The translations under genes and the position numbers were made by a program. Below the pieces are notes generated by a model. The model ran no database searches. It worked only from the letters and a program-made list of their open reading frames with translations, and was not told the DNA's origin. Below are positions 37,364 to 51,343 of a stretch of 64,000 nt of DNA, one piece after another. Origin of the DNA: Eledone cirrhosa (lineage: Eukaryota); contig OZ024746.1 of the NCBI GenBank assembly GCA_964016885.1, positions 4,898,001-4,962,000 of the forward strand, given 5' to 3'. Each line of letters begins with the position of its first letter. Position 1 is the stretch's first letter.

Positions 37364-37735
37364 CATCATCATCATCATCATCCCGGCTGTTTTTCCATAC
37401 TTGCATGGGTTCGATGGGTCCTTCTCAGCATGGCATCTCTCCACATGTCGCAATCCTTTGTCATCACCTCTGTGAGTCTCATTGATATGAGGTCAGCTCT
37501 CACAATCTTTACCTGTGTCTTTCTTGATCCACCTCTACTACGGCTTCCTTCCAATGGCATTTCCTGGCACTTCTTCACCCAATCATCCTTGTCCATGTGC
37601 ATCACGTTTCCATACCAACGCAGTCTTCTCTCCTGCACACCACCCCAGATTCCTCTTAAACTCAGCTTCTCCCTCAACTTGTCCAAGCTCTGTCTTTTTC
37701 TCTCTAGTCTACACATGTCCTCCACTACCATACAG
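37364..37735 (-). mobile_element. RTE-clade LINE 3' fragment
   Basis: RRLRWYGNVMHMDKDDWVKKC...EGSRSRGGSRKT; (GAT)n tail at about 37364-37381. Confidence 0.75.
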
Positions 37736-38312
37736 TGTCACACACACAGGTGTCATACAGTCGTCATACTCCTCCATTTTAAATTGAAGCCTTCCTTCTA
37801 TCATAATTTTATGTAAGAATGTTTAAGTTCCATTCTGAACACATAGCTTGATAACAAAGTTATTTTACTTAATTCCTACAAATATTGTTTTTATTATTTT
37901 CAAAATGAATTGAAACACAAAGGCTGCATATTTCAATAGATTGCTGAAAGGTTGATATTGTAGGAAAAAATGTTTATTTGTAGCTTTTTCAAAATACTTT
38001 GAATGTTTTGAAACATAGATGCAGGTATTGTTTTGTGGTTAAGAGGTTTGCTTTGCTACTTACTATGTGGTTCAAGATTTGACCCCACTACACAGTTCCT
38101 CAGTCAAGTGTTTTCTAGAATAGCCTTGAGTTGACCAAATGTGTTGTGAGGGAAATTTGGTAGCCAAAGGACTCGAGTTGATATGATTAACTAAAACCTT
38201 TGAAGGTGATGCTGCTGCAGCATGGCTACGATTCAATGACTGAACCAAGTAAGAGAATGCGTATGTGTGTATGCACACACATACGCCATACATGTGTGTG
38301 TGTGTGTGTATA

Positions 38313-38650
38313 TATCATCATTTCATTTTACGTCCACTTTTCCCTGCTTGCAAGGGTGGGACGGGAACTGATTCTGACTTGATTTCTACAGCTGGATGAC
38401 CTTCCTAACACCAACCTCATTTACAGTGAGTGCTGGGTGCTTTTTTGCCGTGGCACCTCCACGACCACTTTGCAGTGGAATGATAGGGACCCCAGTCCCT
38501 ATCATCTCATTTCTCCAGCTGAGTAAACTGGAGCAACGTGAAATAAAGTGTCTTGCTCAAGGAAACAACACATCACCCGGTCTGAGAATTGAACTCACAA
38601 CCTTTCGATTGCAAGCCCAATGCTCTAATCACTAAGCCATGTGCCTCCAA
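38313..38650 (-). mobile_element. tRNA-derived SINE (family B) with RTE-derived 3' tail
   Basis: Minus strand: tRNA-like head ggcttagtgattagagc...gagttcaattc, CORE-like ccttgagcaagacactttatttcac, then the tail shared with the RTE LINE 3' UTR. Copies at 19068-19412, 48823-49252 and head only at 59631-59795. Confidence 0.75.
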
Positions 38651-39305
38651 TGTATATATATATATATATTGTATATACACATGTATATATGTATATGCAT
38701 GGGTCCATATGTATGTATATACGTGGGGACATAGAAATAGTCGGGCTAGATACCCGATCGAGCGTTTAAACCCCCCTGGGAGTGAAGGACCCCTAGCCTT
38801 TGTCAGGGCATTCTTCTAGGAGAAGGCAACTCAAGAAACTGGGATAACTCTGATATAAAACCTGCGGCTCAGTAGTTACCGATGATGTTGATCTTTTCTT
38901 TTTTTCGGGTTATAGCTACTGTCTCTCAGAGAGTGGGATTGGCTCAGTGCACAGTCTTTCCTCACTTTAAAAAATATCTTCAAGCACAGGCATTGCACGA
39001 TAGAATTAATTAATAATTGTTTCTACTTTTGGCACAAGGCCATCAATCACCCAGTACATTACTGGTACTTTATTTTATCGACCCCGTAAGGATGAAAGGC
39101 AAAGTTAACATCGGCGGGATTTGAACTCAGAATGGCAAGGGCCGTAGCTCTATGAGAATTAATTAATAATGGTATATCATGCAGTGGCCATACTCAATAA
39201 CGATGGGGCAGTCATCATATATATATATAAACTGTGTTATAGTTTATGTGTGTAAACTTTAAAATGTTCAAGTCATTGTTGTAGGGAAAGTGTGTAGTGT
39301 GCATG

Positions 39306-40433
39306 TGTGTGTACACAGGAAAGTGTGTGTTGTGTGTACACAGGAAAGTGTGTGTTGTGTGTACACAGGAAAGTGTGTGTTGTGTGTACACAGGAAAGTG
39401 TGTGTTGTGTGTACACAGGAAAGTGTGTGTTGTGTGTACACAGGAAAGTGTGTGTTGTGTGTACACAGGAAAGTGTGTTGTGTGTACACAGGAAAGTGTG
39501 TGTTGTGTGTACACAGGAAAGTGTGTGTTGTGTGTACACAGGAAAGTGTGTGTTGTGTGTACACAGGAAAGTGTGTGTTGTGTGTACACAGGAAAGTGTA
39601 TGTTGTGTGTACACAGGAAAGTGTGTGTTGTGTGTACACAGGAAAGTGTGTGTTGTGTGTACACAGGAAAATGTGTGTTGTGTGTACACAGGAAAATGTG
39701 TGTTGTGTGTACACAGGAAAATGTGTGTTGTGTGTACACAGGAAAATGTGTGTTGTGTGTACACAGGAAAGTGTGTGTTGTGTGTACACAGGAAAGTGTA
39801 TGTTGTGTGTACACAGGAAAGTGTATGTTGTGTGTACACAGGAAAGTGTGTTGTGTGTACACAGGAAAGTGTGTGTTGTGTGTACACAGGAAAGTGTGTG
39901 TTGTGTGTACACAGGAAAGTGTGTGTTGTGTGTACACAGGAAAGTGTGTGTTATGTGTACACAGGAAAGTGTGTTGTGTGTACACAGGAAAGTGTGTGTT
40001 GTGTGTACACAGGAAAGTGTGTGTTGTGTGTACACAGGAAAGTGTGTGTTGTGTGTACACAGGAAAGTGTGTGTTATGTGTACACAGGAAAGTGTGTTGT
40101 GTGTACACAGGAAAGTGTGTGTTGTGTGTACACAGGAAAGTGTGTGTTGTGTGTACACAGGAAAGTGTGTGTTGTGTGTACACAGGAAAGTGTGTGTTGT
40201 GTGTACACAGGAAAGTGTGTGTTGTGTGTACACAGGAAAGTGTGTGTTGTGTGTACACAGGAAAGTGTATGTTGTGTGTACACAGGAAAGTGTGTGTTGT
40301 GTGTACACAGGAAAGTGTGTGTTGTGTGTACACAGGAAAATGTGTGTTGTGTGTACACAGGAAAATGTGTGTTGTGTGTACACAGGAAAATGTGTGTTGT
40401 GTGTACACAGGAAAGTGTGTGTTGTGTGTACAC
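39306..40433. repeat. 25-bp minisatellite, about 45 copies
   Basis: acacaggaaagtgtgtgttgtgtgt; period 39313 to 39338. Confidence 0.97.
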
Positions 40434-40541
40434 ACCACTTAATCACTAGCTAGACATCAGTGATTCTCAATAGGTATAAAGAATAACTCTTTTGTTTTAC
40501 ATTCCTATAATAATTGGTTGTATTCTCGTTTGTGTAGTTGC

Positions 40542-40822
40542 CTACTACCACTACTACTGCTGCTACAACCACCACCGCACCACTACCACCACCACCACAC
40601 CACTTCTACCACCACCACTACCACCACCACACCACTACTACAACCACCACCACACCACTACTACCACCACCACCACACCACTTCTACCACCACCATACCA
40701 CCACCACTACTACCATCACTACTACCACCACTACCACCACCACCATACCACCACCATACCACCACCACACCACTACCACTACAACCACCACCACCACCAC
40801 CACCTCCACTGCTACTACTACT
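40542..40822. repeat. (CAC/TAC)n trinucleotide repeat just upstream of the acceptor at 40866
   Basis: Direct reading. Confidence 0.93.
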
Positions 40823-40866
40823 GTTATAATGAACTTCATACTTATTGTTTATCTTTTGTTATCTAG

Positions 40867-41109
40867 TTTCTTGTGAGACCAACTTGATTGAAGAATCTCC
40901 TAAAGTTGGAACCTTGCAATATTCCAATGATGGAATTCTTAGAAAAGATGTAGCTGTTAATTCTGGCTTAATTAACAAGACTGTATTAAACCCTGCAATT
41001 GTATCTGCTGCACCACTTCAGCCTGTTAGTAAGTTCTGTCTTAGTACAGTAGCTGGAGTGAAAATACAAGAAAGGGACCAAATTAATGGGAATGATGGAT
41101 CCTCACTTG
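40867..41109 (+). CDS. ALAS: ALAS coding exon 3 (variable linker, 243 nt; alternative donor after 41028)
   Basis: ttttgttatctAG acceptor; open frame (V)SCETNLIEESPKVG...NGNDGSSL(G); donor G|gtaaga at 41110; phase 1-1 joins the neighbouring exons in frame. The sequence is poorly conserved, as expected for the ALAS linker. Confidence 0.7.
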
Positions 41110-41970
41110 GTAAGAATCACATATTTTCATTAATCCTTTTGATACCAAACTGCCTGAAACCACCCCTGGCTCTATCTTCTTCTCCCACTTATTCCTGGGA
41201 GGGTCATGGAGACAGAGTCCTCAAACACTCCTTCCAGCAGGTCCTGTCAGAAGCAACCATCTCCAACTGATCCGGAGAGACCAACCAAGCTCATGGATGT
41301 TATCCAACCATCTTGCTCAGAGTCTACCCCTGGGTCTCCAGTCGGTTGGTTTTGCCCGTAAAATCTGTCCAGCAGTTCTTTCCTGAGACATTCTAACCAC
41401 ATGCTCTTAGTATTGGAGCTGTGATCTCTCAATTGACAGCTCCGATACTATGGGCATATGGTTAGAATTGTTCTATGATAAAAAAAATATATTTATTTTT
41501 ACCCTTTAGCATTTAAACCAGCCGTATCCGGTCAGAATTCTCTCACCTCTTTCTGTTCAAACCTGCTGTAACCAGCCTCTCATACTGTTGTTAAGGTATT
41601 GTTCTCAAAATAAATATCAAAATCTCTTAGATTTGATATTATGTGAGATAATTATGTAAGATGAAGCCTTTACCGTGAAAATATAATAGTATATATAGAG
41701 GGTAATGTAAATGCTAAAGGGTTAAAGTGTTAATATTTGTGAGTGGCTAGGTACAGCTGGTTTGAACAGAAAGAGGTGAGAATTCTGGCTGAATACAGCC
41801 GGTTTAAATGCTAAAGGGTTAAATGAATCTTTGTAGTAGCTGCATGAAAGAGAAAAGATGGGTCAGTATTTGAAGAATATTAGTATGAGTGTATGTGGGT
41901 GGATGTAAGAGGGGTTGATATTCTGCCCTAGATTTCTGAACAATAAGTCCTTATTATTTGTTACTTTCAG

Positions 41971-42193
41971 GAAAATCTCAATTTTTTGACTATGAGAAGT
42001 TTTTTGAGGAGCAAATTGAAAAGAAGAAACAAACCCATTCTTATCGAATTTTTAAAAAGGTTTTAAGAAAAGGAAAAGAATTTCCATTTGCTGAAGAATA
42101 TCATGATTCAAAGAAGAAGAAGGACATCACAGTATGGTGTAGTAATGATTATGTTGGTATGAGCTGGCACCCTGTTGTGAAGCAAGCAGTTCA
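41971..42193 (+). CDS. ALAS: ALAS catalytic-domain exon (223 nt)
   Basis: ttttcAG acceptor; FDYEKFFEEQIEKKKQTHSYRIFKKV...ITVWCSNDYVGMSWHPVV is a diagnostic ALAS sequence; donor CA|gttagt at 42194 (phase 2). Confidence 0.96.
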
Positions 42194-42991
42194 GTTAGTA
42201 CATCTTAAATATTTACATTTCTAAATGTGTTTTTTTTCTTGTTTTGTGTTTTGTTTGTTGCTGTCTTTTAACTAATTTGATTGTATAGTAGACAAATGTC
42301 TATTCTGGTAGTAAAACACGAGAAACAAAAGAAAATATTTACCCTTTAGTTACCAACCCAGCCAAAACTGCTCTGGTTCTATGAAATAAAGTCACCCATT
42401 TTAACTCCTAAGTTACCAACCTGGCCAAAACCAGCTCTGGTTCTATGAAATAAAGTCACCCATTTTAACTCCTAAGTTACCAACCTGGCCAAAACCAGCT
42501 CTGGTTCTATGAAATTAAATCACTCATTTAAAAATTTTCCAATTTAAATTAAATCTTCCAACACAATTTTATATTAAGTTACTATCTTAATACTGAAATA
42601 ATTAATAAGTTTAATAAATCCATCGAAATTCTTTATTAATTAATTAAAATAGAATGTATTCCCTTAGAAATACTGTTTCCCAAAGTCAGGAACTTTTCAG
42701 CACCCCCTCGTATTATTACATAAGAGTGGTGGATTGGTAGAATCGGTAAAGCATCAAATAAAGTGTACCAGTGATGTACTAGGGTTGATATAATTGACTT
42801 TCCCCTCCTCCCAGAATTACTAGTCTTGTGTGTAGAAACTGTTACTAATCTTTATATCTGCTACCAGCCTGTTTAGAAATTGGTTTATGTTCTTTTCTTT
42901 TTTTTCTTTAAATATTTGATGTTCCTACTTATGAGAGTCAAAGAAGGATGCTATGATTGTTTCATCTGGAATTTATTGTTGTATCTTTCAG

Positions 42992-43176
42992 AGATGCTTT
43001 GGAAAAACATGGTGCTGGTGCCGGCGGTACTCGTAATATCTCTGGTAATTCTCCCTTACATGAGTTACTAGAGAAAGAGATTGCTTCTCTCCATAATAAA
43101 GAAGCTGCCTTACTGTTTACATCTTGTTATGTGGCAAATGACTCCACACTTTGTACCTTAGGGAAGCATTTACCAG
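42992..43176 (+). CDS. ALAS: ALAS catalytic-domain exon (185 nt)
   Basis: tttcAG acceptor; [53 protein letters not shown]; donor G|gtgagt at 43177. Confidence 0.97.
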
Positions 43177-43254
43177 GTGAGTTCTATGTCTTTTTTATCT
43201 TCTTTAGATATTGTAGTGTTTAGTTGTAAATTCTAGACCAGAGATGGGGACTCT

Positions 43255-44403
43255 GTGACCTCCTATGCCATTCTATGTGGCCTCCTATACCATTCTATGT
43301 AACCTCCTATACCATTCTATGTGGTCTCCTATACCATTCTATGTGGTCTCCTATACCATTCTATGTGGCCTCCTATACCATTCTATGTGGCCTCCTATAC
43401 CATTCTATGTGGTCTCCTATGCCATTCTATGTGGCCTCCTATGCCATTCTATGTGGCCTCCTATACCATTCTATGTGGTCTCCTATACCATTCTATCTGG
43501 TCTCCTATACCATTCTATCTGGTCTCCTATACCATTCTATGTGGTCTCCTATACCATTCTATGTGGTCTCCTATACCATTCTATGTGGTCTCCTATACCA
43601 TTCTATCTGGTCTCCTATACCATTCTATGTGGTCTCCTATACCATTCTATCTGGTCTCCTATACCATTCTATCTGGTCTCCTATACCATTCTATGTGGTC
43701 TCCTATACCATTCTATGTGGTCTCCTATGCCATTCTATGTGGCCTCCTATACCATTCTATGTAACCTCCTATACCATTCTATGTGGTCTCCTATACCATT
43801 CTATCTGGTCTCCTATACCATTCTATGTGGTCTCCTATACCATTCTATCTGGTCTCCTATACCATTCTATCTGGTCTCCTATACCATTCTATGTGGTCTC
43901 CTATGCCATTCTATCTGGTCTCCTATACCATTCTATGTAACCTCCTATACCATTCTATGTGGTCTCCTATACCATTCTATCTGGTCTCCTATACCATTCT
44001 ATGTGGTTTCCTATACCATTCTATGTGGTTTCCTATACCATTCTATGTGGTCTCCTATACCATTCTATGTGGTCTCCTATGCCATTCTATGTGGTCTCCT
44101 ATGCCATTCTATGTGGTCTCCTATGCCATTCTATGTGGTCTCCTATGCCATTCTATGTGGTTTCCTATACCATTCTATGTGGTTTCCTATACCATTCTAT
44201 GTGGTCTCCTATGCCATTCTATGTGGTCTCCTATGCCATTCTATGTGACCTTATATGCCATTCTATGTGACCTTATATGTCATTCTATGTGACCTTATAT
44301 GCCATTCTATGTGACCTTATATGTCATTCTATGTGACCTTATATGTCATTCTATGTGACCTTATATGCCATTCTATGTGACCGTATATGTCATTCTATGT
44401 GGC
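43255..44403. repeat. 22-bp minisatellite, about 52 copies
   Basis: gtggtctcctataccattctat, drifting to gtgaccttatatgtcattctat at the 3' end. Confidence 0.97.
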
Positions 44404-47256
44404 CTTTTGAAAGAATAAAAAATAATGCATGTCTGAAATAACTACCATGTAGTTTAACATCAATGAATCTGATGATATCTGATTGTGTTTGAAATGATGC
44501 TATAAAATCTCTAATTTTACAATGAAACAAACATGTCACTATGTGATATCAATTTGTGACAATAATTTATTAGCTCCAAAAACATGTCACTATGTGATAT
44601 CAATTTGTGACAATAATTTATTTGCTCCAGAAACGTGAATATTTTCAGATTTACAGAAGTTTTTGTTTTTTTTAAAGTGTTTTATTTTTGTTTTGTTTTT
44701 TAAATATCAAATAGCAATATTTTAATAAAATGTCACGTCATGTGTGTTTCTAATTTGTTTAATACAACTGAGTCTAGAGCTTAACTGCTATTTTAGGAAC
44801 TTTTCTGGGTCTTGAAGACATTTGATTAATTTTATCATTATTATCATAAGTAGTTAAGCTTAAGTAGCCAAAAAATGTCAGGTGGAAGCTCGAAAGATTA
44901 GGAGATTATATATACACATACAAACATATATATATATATATACATTTGCACATATAAATATATATACACATACATATACTCACACATACATATATATATA
45001 TAGAGAGACACACACAATAAAGATACAAAATATACATTATATAGTCATTTATTGGGGGGAAAGGAAATGTCTAGTGAAAGCTTAAGAGTGTTTATGACAG
45101 TGTAGCTAAGAAAGCTTAACTAGAGGGAAGAAGGCATTGAACAGCTGCCTTAAACATTACTAACACATGCTTCTTATTAAATTGGAGTTGTATGTGTTCT
45201 TGTAATCTTTTAACCTCAAGTCAGCTCTGATCAAGCTAACTTATGATTAAAGGACTTTCAGACATAACCAGTCAGTCTTTTCTTCAAACCATAATATATC
45301 TAAAACTACTTACTGAAATGTGTCCTTCCTTTTGAAGATTGTAATATAGGATTTGAGAAATATTTCATTACTATTTTTTGCAGTGTGTTATTTATGGTGG
45401 TTCACAATTTATGAAATCATCATCATCACCATTTAATGTCCATTTTTCCATGCTAGCATGGGTTAGACAAGTTGTCCTGTTGTGAGATAAGCCAGGTCAG
45501 ATGACCATGACTGGCTCATACAGAACTGATTTTGACTTGGGTTATGCGGCTGGATGCCCTTCCTAACATCAACCACATTTACAGTGTGGACTGGATGCTT
45601 TTTGTCATGTTACCTACATAACCACTTTATAGTGTGGGCTGAGGACTAGGGCAGGGAAAGTGTGTGGGGATTGGTGGGGTAGATCAAGGGATGAAGGGAG
45701 GAGCATTAGGGTGTGAGTGGAGTGTTGGGATATGGGACGTGGATGAAGGGAGGGGTGTTAGGGCGTGAGTGGAGTGTTGGGACATGAGTAGAGTTAGGAC
45801 GTGGGTAGAGTGTTAGGATGTGGGACATGGAAGTGTATGGAAGAGGACAATAAACCACAGACCAGACAATGTCATAAATAAAAAGATGTGAAAGTGTGCA
45901 GCTTCTAAATATTATTGACCTATAATTCGACATGAGATGATTGGTGAATAGTTTAATGGAACACCCTAATGTTCATGCATTTCTTTATAAAAACTGACTA
46001 AATATCTCTCCATACTCTTACCATCTTTGTCTACTTCCATTATAATGGACTCTCAATCTCTATATTTTACAATATATTACATTCACTGGTTACACCTGTT
46101 CCTCCTACTCCTACTCTCATTATCTCCTTGACTCTACACTAAATAATTTGTTCAGCTTTTCTTCCTCAGAATTCCAACCATCCATCCATCTGGAAATCTG
46201 CCTTTATTCATGTTTTCTCAGTCACCAGTAAACCTGCTGCAACTCAAAACAAACTGTTAACTTATTCACCTACTTATCTATAGCTGTTAGTCTCCTCACC
46301 CTCACTTTAACAAGTAAACAAGCAATATCTCTTTCTCTCTTTTTCTGAATAACCTCCCATACAGTTACATTTCAAAATAACCTAAAGATATGAGTCAACA
46401 AGAGGGCCTCTACATGGTCACTCGACCTGTTAGAGATAACCACCAAATCTCTCTCAAATCACACTATACTATCTTAAATCAAGAAAGAGCATATTAAGTA
46501 ATGTATATTTCTAAAAAGAAGGAATGGTCACAACTGAAATGTGTTTGTTTATTGGGTCAGGGCAGACCCAGAGCTACTCATGGGGTCTTGAATAGATCTA
46601 TTGGGTCAGGGCAGCCCCAGAGCTACACTTGGGGAGTCTTGAATAGATCTATTGGGTCAGGGCAGCCCCAGAGCTACTCTTGGGGGTGGGGGGGGGGTCT
46701 CGAAATGAGATGTATGTGAGCCATATTACAGGTTGAACATTTACAAAGAAAATGTGGGCAGAGAAGACACAAAAGGCCAGGTTTACCTGCAATATAATGA
46801 CCTCTGTTAAAGGCACTTAAAGGTGAACAGAACATGAAATGTGTTATATAGACTACCTATACTCTCAAGAATAAACTGACACCATCTTGACCTACATCCC
46901 ACTGTTATACATGTGGAACAATAGTTAAAAATGTTGATGTTATAGTAGCTATTGTGGTAGTGGTGGTAGTGGTAGTAGTAGCAGTAGTGGAGAAGGTAGT
47001 GGCTGTGAGAAAGCCTAAATATGACCACTTTGCTAATGAAATACACTGTATTTTAATTAATTAATTAATTAATGCATGTGTATAAGTATATAGATCTGTT
47101 AACTAAACTGACCAAGGATACATATTGTGACTACATCAAGATTTCAGTTTGAAATTACATTGAACATTAGCAGTGTCATTCTCTGACTACTATTAAAGGT
47201 CTTCAGCAATTGTCCTTACTATATATATATAGTAGACTACTATATATATATAGTAG

Positions 47257-47580
47257 TGTAGCAGTTGCCTCCCTTGTCTCCCTTGTTGTGACACTCACAA
47301 CAAGGGAGACAAGGGAGTAGAACCCTTTCTGTAACTTCCGGTCAGAACCCTATAAAACTAACAACTTTAAGTTCTCACTCTCTCATTTGCCCTTCCGTCT
47401 TCTGCCAGCCTGCGTTTGCCTGGCAATCAAAACGGTAACTACTAACTTTGCCTAATTCTTTCGTTTATTCATTGACATGTCAACTATACTGTTAAATTGT
47501 TGATTAAATATTATACACACAAACCATGTCACCGTGTTACATTCATACAACCCAGTTCCCCGCTAAAGTAGTTACTATAT
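47257..47580 (+). mobile_element. Solo-LTR-like insertion inside a palindromic minisatellite
   Basis: Begins TGTAGCA and ends ...gttacta; TATAAAA at 47351 and ATTAAA near 47503; internal perfect 23-bp hairpin. A similar TGTAGC-starting element lies at about 49267-49522. Confidence 0.45.
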
Positions 47581-47930
47581 ATATATATAGTCTACTATAT
47601 ATAGTAGTCTACTATATATAGTAGTCTACTATATATAGTAGTCTACTATATATAGTAGTCTACTATATATAGTAGTCTACTATATATAGTAGTCTACTAT
47701 ATATAGTAGTCTACTATATATAGTAGTCTACTATATATAGTAGACTACTATATATAGTAGTCTACTATATATAGCAGACTACTATATATATACATGCACC
47801 TTTGATGAGTTGTAGTGCACCTGAGCACTGTACACAATAATTTCATTATTATTATTATTATAGCAGACTACTATATATAGTAGTCTACTATATATAGCAG
47901 ACTACTATATATAGACTATATATAGTCTAC
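47575..47930. repeat. 17-bp palindromic minisatellite
   Basis: tagtctactatatatag units containing the palindrome ctactatatatagtag; a further stretch lies at about 47217-47256. Confidence 0.9.
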
Positions 47931-48714
47931 AATATCTCTCGACATTTGATCATTTCTACAACCTACTCAACATAGAACATCTTTCTATCTTTCCTCTTGA
48001 GATTATCTTATTTCTCATATTGATATTTATATGAAACAAAATAGTCACTTTTCTAGATATTATAGAATCATGTCTGGTAGCAGATGTTTTTTAGAGAAGC
48101 AGCTGTGACAATATCACACTTCAGGACATGCAACGGATATGAAACTTATTACAGTGTTAACAAAACTATTTTACGTATGTGTGTGTGTATATATGTATAT
48201 GTATGTATATATCTATTGGGTCAGGGCCGCCCTAGAGCTAAGCAACAGAAACCTAAACAGATAACATCCCATACCAAATTTAATGTTCATATGTATTTTA
48301 TGTACATATACATATGTATGTACATGGGTGCATGTGTATGTATATCCGCGGGGACATAGAAATAGTCGGGCTGGACACTCGATCGCGCGGTTAAACCACT
48401 GGGAGTGAAGAACCCCTAGCCTTTGTCAGGGCATTCTTCTAGAAGGCAACTCAGGAAACTGGGATAACTCCGATATAAAACCTGCGGCTCAATAGTTACC
48501 GATGATGTTGATCTTTTCTTCTTTTAAGGTTATAGCTACAGTCTCTCAGAGAGTGGGATTGGCTCAGTGTACAGTCTTTCCTCACTTTAAAATATATCTT
48601 CACACACAGGCATTGCACCATAGAATTAATTAATAATTATTAATAATGGTATGTCGTGCAATGGCCATACTCGATAACGAGGGGGCAGCCACCATATGTA
48701 TGTATGTATGTATG

Positions 48715-48745
<31 letters not shown>

Positions 48746-49535
48746 ATGTATATATATATGTATGTATGTGTATATATGTATGTATGTATATGTATGTATA
48801 TATATGTATATATATGTATGTATCATCATCATCATCACCGTTTTACGTCCGTTCTTCCATGCTAGCATGGGTTAGACGGGTTGTCCTGTTGTGGTCAATG
48901 CCAGGTCAGGTCAGGTGACCTTGTCTTGCTCATACGGGAACTGATTCTGGCTTGATTTCTACAGCTGGATGCCCTTTGTAACACCAACCTCATTTACAGT
49001 GAGTGCTGGGTGCTTTTTTTTTGGTGCCTACATGTCCACTTTACAGTGTGGGCTGGGTGCTTTTTTTTTTTTTTTTGCCGTGGCACCTCCACGACCACTT
49101 TACAGTGGAATAATAGGGATCCCATTCCTATCATCTCATTTCTACAGCTGACTAAACTGGAGCAATATGAAATAAAGTGTCTTGCTGAAGGAAACAACAC
49201 ATCACCCGGTCTGAGAATTGAACTCATAACCTTTTGATTGCAAGGCCAATGCTATATATATGTATGTGTAGCGACTAGCGCCACCTTGCCCGGGGAGAAA
49301 AAACTAATTGGAGTTGAATTCTAGAGGATTCCTTGAACTTCCGGTCTAGGGATTATAAAGGAGGGAGAAAAGAGACATCTTAGCTTATTTGGCGACCGGC
49401 TCTCGGACAGTTCACTCACGAGCGAGTTTGTTAACCTTATTATATCTGTATCGAATTTAATTAGTGGTTGGCCTGCAGTGGCGTTTACCAAAGTAAATAA
49501 CCCTGTGACCAATTCACTAAATATGTGTATATATA

Positions 49536-49598
<63 letters not shown>

Positions 49599-50005
49599 TT
49601 TCAAAGAGACTTAAACAGACATCAAATTCTTTTTAAAATGTTATTTTAATTTAAATAGAAAATTATTTCATGTTGAGTTTACAAATATAAGCTGACTACA
49701 TCTAAGTAAAAATGGGTTAATATTGACCTTACTGTAAATCTAACAGACATTCTGGCTACAGTTATGTTCTGATAAATAGAGAGAACAACACTTGTTTCAA
49801 CTTCTTTTGAGTGTATGTGAGAGGAAGTGAACATTTCTCTATTATATAAACTTGTATAACATATTCCAATGAGAATAACATGTTGGTGGTTGGAGCTACA
49901 AAGTGAATTTGTGTTATATGATTAGAAAATGATATTTCAAATATTACATCTGTGAAAACAGCTTTCATAAGTCTATAAAACATCTCTCTCTCTCTCTCTC
50001 GCTCT

Positions 50006-50042
<37 letters not shown>

Positions 50043-50252
50043 GAAAAGGTCAAGGTAAACAACTTAAATCCATTCTTTTATATCATCATCATCATCACTG
50101 TTTAACATCTATTTTTCCATCCTTGCATGGGTTAGACGGGTTGTCCACATTATGATACTAGTCTGGCCAGTTGGCTCAAACGGAACTGTATTTTGGCTGG
50201 GATCTTTACAGCTGTATGCTCTTCCTAATACCAACCATGTATATATATATAT

Positions 50253-51056
50253 ATCATCATCATCATTTAGCATCCATCTTCCACACTAGCATGGTTAGAT
50301 GGTTTTGTTCCATTTGATGCGAGATTGGTTGGGAGACTGTACCTCGCTCGCACGGAAGCGTTTCTGACAGGTTATTTATAGCTGGATGTCCTTCCTAACA
50401 CCAACCACATTTACAGTGTGGACTGGGAGCCTTTTCACTGTGTCTCCTACCCGGCCACCTTACAGTGTCGACTGTTGTGTCATCGACACAGTGGACGGGA
50501 TGGGAGAGGGAGGCTGGTGTGTATATTGAGTTAAGAGGTGCCTACTGACTGTAGGTTTGTATGTAAGGGAAGGCGGGTCTTCTGTACAACTACATGGCAC
50601 CAAAGGTCTTGATACAGTGTCATTGTCTTAGAGAGGTGTAAGTGAGCAAGGTCAGTTTTTATCACCTTGTCCCAGGTTTTTCTTGGTCTACCCACTCCGT
50701 AGCTTCCATCAATTTTCATTGCTCTGCACTTTTTTATACAACTGTCGTCCTTCATACGCATCACATGGCCATACCAACACAATCCGTTCTCCAGAACACA
50801 ACATTTGATACGTCTTATGCTTAGTCTCTCTCAGTTTGTTTATGCTTCACCTTTTGTGCACATTACTATTACACATCCATCGGAGCATGGAAGCTTCATT
50901 TCTTTCTAATCTACGCAGGTCTTCAGCACACAGTGCCCAAGTCTCACTCCCATGTAATATCGCTGTTCATATACATGCATCATACAATCTGCATTTCATT
51001 TTTAGAGAAAAACCCCTGTGGCCAACAGCGGTATTAGCTCTCTGAACCTTTTTCCA

Positions 51057-51058
<2 letters not shown>
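50253..51058 (-). mobile_element. RTE-clade LINE 3' fragment
   Basis: WYGHVMRMKDDSCIKKCRAMKIDGSYGVGRPRKTW; homologous to 30316-31045. Confidence 0.82.
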
Positions 51059-51094
<36 letters not shown>

Positions 51095-51157
51095 CCATGT
51101 TATCGGGGAAAATAGATGTTAAACGATGATGATGATTATATATATATATATATAATG

Positions 51158-51343
51158 TGAGGGTCAGCTGAAAATTTCATAGGCTGACTATGAAGGATGA
51201 TACTAGAGCTGTAAAATCTTGCATGCAATTAATTTCAACTATTCTCATTAATACCTTCCAGGGACTATGTTGAAAAATATACCTCATTTGGTCATTCCAT
51301 GAGAGCATCTTGATCAGCCGAAGAACTTTTCAGCCGACCCTCA
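51158..51343. mobile_element. Mariner-derived MITE
   Basis: tgagggtcagctgaaaa ... ttttcagccgaccctca|ta terminal inverted repeats. Confidence 0.7.

Noticed and set aside
39215-40453. About 400-aa Cys/His-rich ORFs in six frames
   Set aside because: Artefact of the 25-bp minisatellite; the same applies to 15287-16510, 19406-20029 and 43265-44292.
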